A DNA stretch of 23,978 nucleotides from a virus (Duplodnaviria > Heunggongvirae > Uroviricota > Caudoviricetes). Made by a program: the position numbers and the translations under genes. Below the pieces are notes generated by a model, which was given only the letters and a program-made list of their open reading frames with translations, was not told where the DNA came from and ran no database searches. Within the stretch, counting starts at the first letter, position 1; every line of letters starts with the position of its first letter. Positions 18,918 to 23,978 of the stretch are shown here, piece after piece. The stretch is from positions 1-23,978 of the IMG/VR virus record IMGVR_UViG_2600254997_000020; one strand, 5' to 3'.

Positions 18918-20833
18918 GCCGCTACCCCCGCTTTCTGGATTGCTACCAGCAGATCAGCCAGGTGGCGAGCAGCGCCATTAACCAGCTCTTCGTTTTCCTC
19001 AAAACGCCCGGCAGCCTGAAGGGCTGCAATCGCTTCCCGGACATTGCCCCGGGCGTTACGGATCTCCGCCATGTCAGTGCTTTGCATATCCATCACGTTA
19101 TTGAGATATTCAATGGCTTTATTAGCCTCTGCATCTGCTTCGCTAACCGTTTCATCAGGCTGTGCCGGGGCAGGTTCTGGCTGAGTAATCTCACCGACTT
19201 CGGCCTGCAATGCATTGATCATGCTCTGCACCATTTTCTCGGTGCCAGCGCCCCCCGGATACGCAATATTGGGGAAAGTTTTTTGAAACTGAGTTTTCAG
19301 CATTACGCGGAACTCGTCTGGTGAGCTGGTGGCCAGCTCCAGAGCTTTTTGTGCATATTTGCCAAACGGACCATTAGTAAGTGTCTTCGCCAAGAAGTCG
19401 AAAGAATCCTCGCGAGGCAATAACTTCAGGTCGTACTCACTCATTTGCTGATCAGAAAGCGGGGTATCGTAAGTAGCAATGCCGTAGCGTGCATATTCAT
19501 AATATGGGTCACCTTCATCAGGGCGCGGCAGAATTGCTTTGTTACCTTCAGGTATTGCGCCAGGGGCCGCCGGACGCATTTGCAGGGCATATCGATATGC
19601 ACCTACAGAGACTTCTGGTTCAGGCGAAGAGCTACCGGTATCCTCCGCTGGTTCAGGTTCGACGTTTTCCGGTTTATGTTCTTCTGGTTGGACCAGGTAT
19701 TCCGATACATTACCCGCTTTATAGGCTTTAAACAGCTTGCCGATCGCATCTGCCATGTCCACACCCTGTATGGATTTAGCCTTGATCATGTACACGCTGC
19801 CATCCGAATCGGTTAACTGGATATACCCTTCACCGTCCTCAATGAATTGCTTCATTGATGCACCATTACTGAGCGTCACTTCCCCGTTCATATGCATACG
19901 ATTTTTGATACTTGCAAGGCGATCCGTCATCGCGCGAGAGTGTCCACCAGTCATCCCCGCAGGAGCAATGGTTTCGCGCCCACCAGTTCGATTGAGCTGA
20001 TCAATCTCCGTCTGCAAACGCTCATTCTCTTCATAAAGAGAATCCGCTTCCGATGCAACAGCGTTAATTTTCTGCTCCAGATCTACCTTCTGCCCTTCTA
20101 CCGCTGCCACCTGATCCGCGAGGTCGCTCATGGCATCCTCTTTCTGGTCACTGTCAGCCTGTAGTTGGGTTATTTCATCAACCAGGGCTTTTTTCTTCTT
20201 CTGCGCACGCTGGAATTTTGCCGAGTTTTTCTCTGCAAGGTTGGCAAGTTTCATGGTGACCTGCGCCAGCGTCATATCACGTCCACTCATCGGAGCAACG
20301 GTATGAGTAACGTCTTTTTTATTCAGTAAGAACTGGAAAGCAATCAGCGTATCGCTATTGGTGATCCGGTTTTCCGCTGTCGGGCTATGAAACAGAATGC
20401 TGATAGTCTGACCATCACTGAGCGGAATAATGGCTGGCAGGACCGGCAGCCCGTTAACGTTACGTGCCCGGCCAATTTCAGCCCCGCCGATCGCGCGTGC
20501 ACCGTTCTGGGCCACATCCCCCTTTTTATCACTCCCCGCAGAGATTCCGGTACCATTCAGCTTCTGGTTTAATGCCCGGACAAATGCCTGCATGGTCCGG
20601 TGTAACTGCAAACGAGTAGAACTAATCGCCTCCAGTAAATCCGTAGCACACCAGTGGATCGGCGTGTCATAGAAGAACGTAGCCTCGATTTCCTCCAGGG
20701 TGTTGGATTCCGTCATCAGATAGCGGTCCTCACCGGCCATTAATGCGCGATATTCATCATCAGTCACTGGCGGGGGAAGCACGTCAAGCCCAGGCTTGAT
20801 CGTCACCCCTTTATTGATATTGAACTGTTCCAT
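18914..20833 (-). CDS. darA: DarA-like virion antirestriction protein (639 aa)
   Basis: 639-aa ORF following the hdf-like gene, with a central coiled-coil. An internal segment (LSDGQTISI...TLAQVTMKLANLAEKNSAKFQRAQ) is paralogous to the upstream hdf-like product. Confidence 0.7.
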   Translation of the reverse strand: MEQFNINKGVTIKPGLDVLPPPVTDDEYRALMAGEDRYLMTESNTLEEIEATFFYDTPIHWCATDLLEAISSTRLQLHRTMQAFVRALNQKLNGTGISAGSDKKGDVAQNGARAIGGAEIGRARNVNGLPVLPAIIPLSDGQTISILFHSPTAENRITNSDTLIAFQFLLNKKDVTHTVAPMSGRDMTLAQVTMKLANLAEKNSAKFQRAQKKKKALVDEITQLQADSDQKEDAMSDLADQVAAVEGQKVDLEQKINAVASEADSLYEENERLQTEIDQLNRTGGRETIAPAGMTGGHSRAMTDRLASIKNRMHMNGEVTLSNGASMKQFIEDGEGYIQLTDSDGSVYMIKAKSIQGVDMADAIGKLFKAYKAGNVSEYLVQPEEHKPENVEPEPAEDTGSSSPEPEVSVGAYRYALQMRPAAPGAIPEGNKAILPRPDEGDPYYEYARYGIATYDTPLSDQQMSEYDLKLLPREDSFDFLAKTLTNGPFGKYAQKALELATSSPDEFRVMLKTQFQKTFPNIAYPGGAGTEKMVQSMINALQAEVGEITQPEPAPAQPDETVSEADAEANKAIEYLNNVMDMQSTDMAEIRNARGNVREAIAALQAAGRFEENEELVNGAARHLADLLVAIQKAGVAA

Positions 20834-20834
20834 G

Positions 20835-21446
20835 TTAATTTCCTGCTTTCAGTTGCTTAAGACGGCGTTTGAGTTCGCCATTTCGGGCCTTTTCGTTATT
20901 GAGTCGGCCTGTCTCCTTATCCAGCTTCGCCCGCAAATCAGTGATCTGCTGTTGATTGAAAGACACCGAGTTCTGCGCTGATTTATAAGCGGCAACCACC
21001 TGAGCATTCCGCTGTTTTGCCTCTTGCAGGCGCTGAAAGTTGGATTTTACTGCCGGTTTCTTGTCTACCGGATTGGCAACACGTTTCGCTTTGGCGATCA
21101 GTGATTTCTGGAATTTTGCGGAGCTTTTGCGGGCCGCTTGCCCCATGACGGTACCAAGCGTCTTGATATCCGGCGACTGAGCGTTAGGAATAGCTTTTCC
21201 ATTCAGCCTCACAGACGATATATCGCCAGTATCGTTTACCTGTATGGCAAGAATTTGTCCGTCGTTAAGAACCAGCTTTGCGGTTTTAACTTTAACGCCA
21301 TCTTTCGTTGTTGCGCGGTTGCTGGAGTCAACCTCAATTACCGTAACACCGGTTTTATTGATCGCCGCGATAAGGGATTTCAGCCCCTTTTCATTAACCT
21401 GGTCAAAATCGACCGTTGCATACTTATTTTTCGTCATCTGACACAT
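20835..21446 (-). CDS. hdf: Hdf-like protein (homolog of a DarA fragment)
   Basis: LNDGQILAI...TLGTVMGQAARKSSAKFQKSL aligns with the DarA-like internal segment. True start may be the ATG at 21437 (AGGA upstream). Stop abuts the darA-like start. Confidence 0.65.
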   Translation of the reverse strand: MCQMTKNKYATVDFDQVNEKGLKSLIAAINKTGVTVIEVDSSNRATTKDGVKVKTAKLVLNDGQILAIQVNDTGDISSVRLNGKAIPNAQSPDIKTLGTVMGQAARKSSAKFQKSLIAKAKRVANPVDKKPAVKSNFQRLQEAKQRNAQVVAAYKSAQNSVSFNQQQITDLRAKLDKETGRLNNEKARNGELKRRLKQLKAGN

Positions 21447-21867
21447 CCTGTGCGAGATTTATTACGTAACTTCTGCGGATTTGCTGAGTAACAGGGAAAA
21501 TCCGATACAACGGGTTAATGAACGAGTCGCCATGCGTAACCATGACGTTGAAATGCCACAGTCGCTCTCCTTCACCCATATATTCAGTGGGTATGTACAA
21601 CCATTCACTGTTTTCGCCCTGTTCAGCCGACGTCAAACAACGTTGTTCGCCTTCAATCACTGTCGTCGGCTTCTGAACATCGCGGATCCAATATCTGACC
21701 GTTGCGCCGCGCAAAAACGGGAATTTAGACCGGTATTTGAACGGCACCCGGATGAAACCCGGTTTAATTTCCACATCACCAAGTTCTAAATGCGTGATGT
21801 CCTTGCGTTTTAGCAAATAGCGATCGGCTAAGGCTAACGCAAGAACGCATACACCCCAGCCAATCAT
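21424..21867 (-). CDS. lydB: LydB-like putative antiholin (147 aa)
   Basis: N-terminal hydrophobic anchor MIGWGVCVLALALA. Start overlaps the upstream holin stop by 4 bp. Order holin then this gene matches the P1 lydA-lydB arrangement as I recall it. Confidence 0.5.
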   Translation of the reverse strand: MIGWGVCVLALALADRYLLKRKDITHLELGDVEIKPGFIRVPFKYRSKFPFLRGATVRYWIRDVQKPTTVIEGEQRCLTSAEQGENSEWLYIPTEYMGEGERLWHFNVMVTHGDSFINPLYRIFPVTQQIRRSYVINLAQDVSDDEK

Positions 21868-22193
21868 TTCCCGCCTCCCTTTTTCACCAAACTTGTAAGA
21901 ACATTCAGAATGCTATCGATATTCACTCGTTTCATCCCTGAAATCACCTCATGACCGTTATTGCTGGCTATCGTTACCATTAAGTACGTAATTGATAACT
22001 CCCAGCCCTCGTGTTGCCCCAATAGGTACGCCACCGCGCCAGCTGTCACTGCAACAAAGATCTCCGTAACCAATCCCAACAAATTGCCAGACTGGCGACC
22101 GTCTCGGACATCCATCAGGAACGTGCCTATCCCACCAATTACTGAAAGCAGGAGCGCAATAGCAACTGGAGCTAATTCCTGTGTGTCAAGCAC
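21864..22193 (-). CDS. lydA: Holin, LydA-like (109 aa)
   Basis: Three predicted transmembrane helices and a charged C-terminus (KKGGGK). GTG start with strong RBS AGGAGGG. Confidence 0.6.
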   Translation of the reverse strand: MLDTQELAPVAIALLLSVIGGIGTFLMDVRDGRQSGNLLGLVTEIFVAVTAGAVAYLLGQHEGWELSITYLMVTIASNNGHEVISGMKRVNIDSILNVLTSLVKKGGGK

Positions 22194-22267
22194 AAGTTCC
22201 CTCCTACGTTGTCAGGAGGTAATGGTATGCAAAGTAACTTCTCAACCGGTTATGTTGCATAAGAGAC

Positions 22268-22531
22268 TTACCTATTCAACCGACTTTTGGAACCTTCAAT
22301 AATAAGCCTGCTATTGGCGCTGAAAATAAGAACCATGCAGCTCTGAAGGCTTTCATTCATGTCCTTATATTCCGCGAGATACATGCCAATAAAGCCAGCA
22401 AGTACGGCGGAAATACATTCGGCCAGCAATTTCTTGCATGAAGACTCGTAACGGTTTTCACATAGCCCACTCAAATACGAATACACCCCACCAAGAAGGG
22501 ATAACATCACGATATGTACATAAAATGTCAT
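22268..22531 (-). CDS. Hypothetical small membrane protein (87 aa), first ORF of the lysis/Dar operon
   Basis: ATG at 22531. Two hydrophobic helices (FYVHIVMLSLLGGVYSYL, ISAVLAGFIGMYLA). Lies between the right IS10 inside end and the holin gene. Confidence 0.45.
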   Translation of the reverse strand: MTFYVHIVMLSLLGGVYSYLSGLCENRYESSCKKLLAECISAVLAGFIGMYLAEYKDMNESLQSCMVLIFSANSRLIIEGSKSRLNR

Positions 22532-22724
22532 TTTTTACCTATACAACAGTAAGTTGAACAACATTTGAGAACGGTATGCACTTTGTGATTTCCACACACA
22601 CTGGTTTTGTTAATTAAAACCTGTAGCTTGCAATAAATAACGATAGTGGGCAGAAAATATGCTAATAGGCTATGTACGCATATAGACAAATGAACAAAAC
22701 ACAGCTATGCACTGAGAGATCCCC

Positions 22725-23930
22725 TCATAATTTCCCCAAAGCGTAACCATGTGTGAATAAATTTTGAGCTAGTAGGGTTGCAGCCACGAGTAAGTCTTCC
22801 CTTGTTATTGTGTAGCCAGAATGCCGCAAAACTTCCATGCCTAAGCGAACTGTTGAGAGTACGTTTCGATTTCTGACTGTGTTAGCCTGGAAGTGCTTGT
22901 CCCAACCTTGTTTCTGAGCATGAACGCCCGCAAGCCAACATGTTAGTTGAAGCATCAGGGCGATTAGCAGCATGATATCAAAACGCTCTGAGCTGCTCGT
23001 TCGGCTATGGCGTAGGCCTAGTCCGTAGGCAGGACTTTTCAAGTCTCGGAAGGTTTCTTCAATCTGCATTCGCTTCGAATAGATATTAACAAGTTGTTTG
23101 GGTGTTCGAATTTCAACAGGTAAGTTAGTTGCTAGAACCATGGCTCCTTTGCCGACGCTGAGTAGATTTTAGGTGACGGGTGGTGACAATGAGTCCGTGT
23201 CGAGCGCTGATTTTTTCGGCCTTTAGAGCGAGATTTATACAATAGAATTTGGCATGAGATTGGATTGCTTTTAGTCAGCCTCTTATAGCCTAAAGTCTTT
23301 GAGTGACTAGATGACATATCATGTAAGTTGCTGATAGGTTTCCAGTTTTCCGCTCCTAGGTCTGCATATTGTACTTTTCCTCTTACTCGACTTAACCAGT
23401 ACCAACCCAGCTTCTCAACGGATTTATACCATGGCACTTTAAAGCCAGCATCACTGACAATGAGCGGTGTGGTGTTACTCGGTAGAATGCTCGCAAGGTC
23501 GGCTAGAAATTGGTCATGAGCTTTCTTTGAACATTGCTCTGAAAGCGGGAACGCTTTCTCATAAAGAGTAACAGAACGACCGTGTAGTGCGACTGAAGCT
23601 CGCAATACCATAAGCGTTTTTGCTCACGATATCAGACCAGTCAACAAGTACAATGGGCATCGTATTGCCCGAACAGATAAAGCTAGCATGCCAACGGTAT
23701 ACAGCGAGTCGCTCTTTGTGGAGGTGACGATTACCTAACAATCGGTCGATTCGTTTGATGTTATGTTTTGTTCTCGCTTTGGTTGGCAGGTTACGGCCAA
23801 GTTCGGTAAGAGTGAGAGTTTTACAGTCAAGTAATGCGTGGCAAGCCAACGTTAAGCTGTTGAGTCGTTTTAAGTGTAATTCGGGGCAGAATTGGTAAAG
23901 AGAGTCGTGTAAAATATCGAGTTCGCACAT
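22725..23930 (-). pseudogene. IS10 transposase, reading frame interrupted by three single-base deletions (about 23137-23139, 23615, 23628)
   Basis: Three ORF fragments (23559..23930, 23132..23611, 22725..23141) together cover the IS10 transposase. Deletions are at positions where the left copy is intact. Confidence 0.85.
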
Positions 23931-23978
23931 CTTGTTGTCTGATTATTGATTTTTCGCGAAACCATTTGATCATATGAC
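23923..23978 (+). ncRNA. IS10 RNA-OUT antisense RNA, right copy (partial, approximate)
   Basis: Mirror-image placement of the left-copy RNA-OUT; truncated by the window edge. From established IS10 biology, not verified in the sequence. Confidence 0.3.

Larger units (their letters stand above)
22712..23978 (-). mobile_element. IS10, right copy, inverted relative to the left copy; outside end cut off by the window edge
   Basis: Inside end CTGAGAGATCCCCTCAT begins at 22712. Sequence is the reverse complement of the left copy apart from single-base indels. About 60 bp of the outside end lies beyond 23978. Confidence 0.95.

Overview
This window reads as a roughly 21.4 kb segment of a P1-like phage-plasmid, bracketed by two inverted IS10 copies whose inside ends face the cargo (the Tn10 composite-transposon layout). 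The cargo carries a virion antirestriction (Dar) module: a truncated DarB-like methyltransferase-helicase giant protein on the left, and an operon on the minus strand encoding lydA/lydB-like holin/antiholin, hdf, darA, ddrA, ddrB and a small, very acidic terminal ORF. Between them lie prt/pro-like head genes, a SAR endolysin (lyz) and ssb. An IS50-like element has inserted into the ssb terminator hairpin. Next to it is an AT-rich islet encoding a Dgt-family HD-domain dGTPase-like protein and a convergent small membrane protein, which I consider the best candidate for an accessory anti-phage or exclusion function. All three IS transposase frames are broken by single-base deletions, in the IS10 copies at homopolymer runs, which looks like assembly error rather than biology. 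P1 gene names are assigned from memory of the P1 gene order and from motifs visible in the translations; no database search was run. No tRNA, rRNA or CRISPR array was seen.
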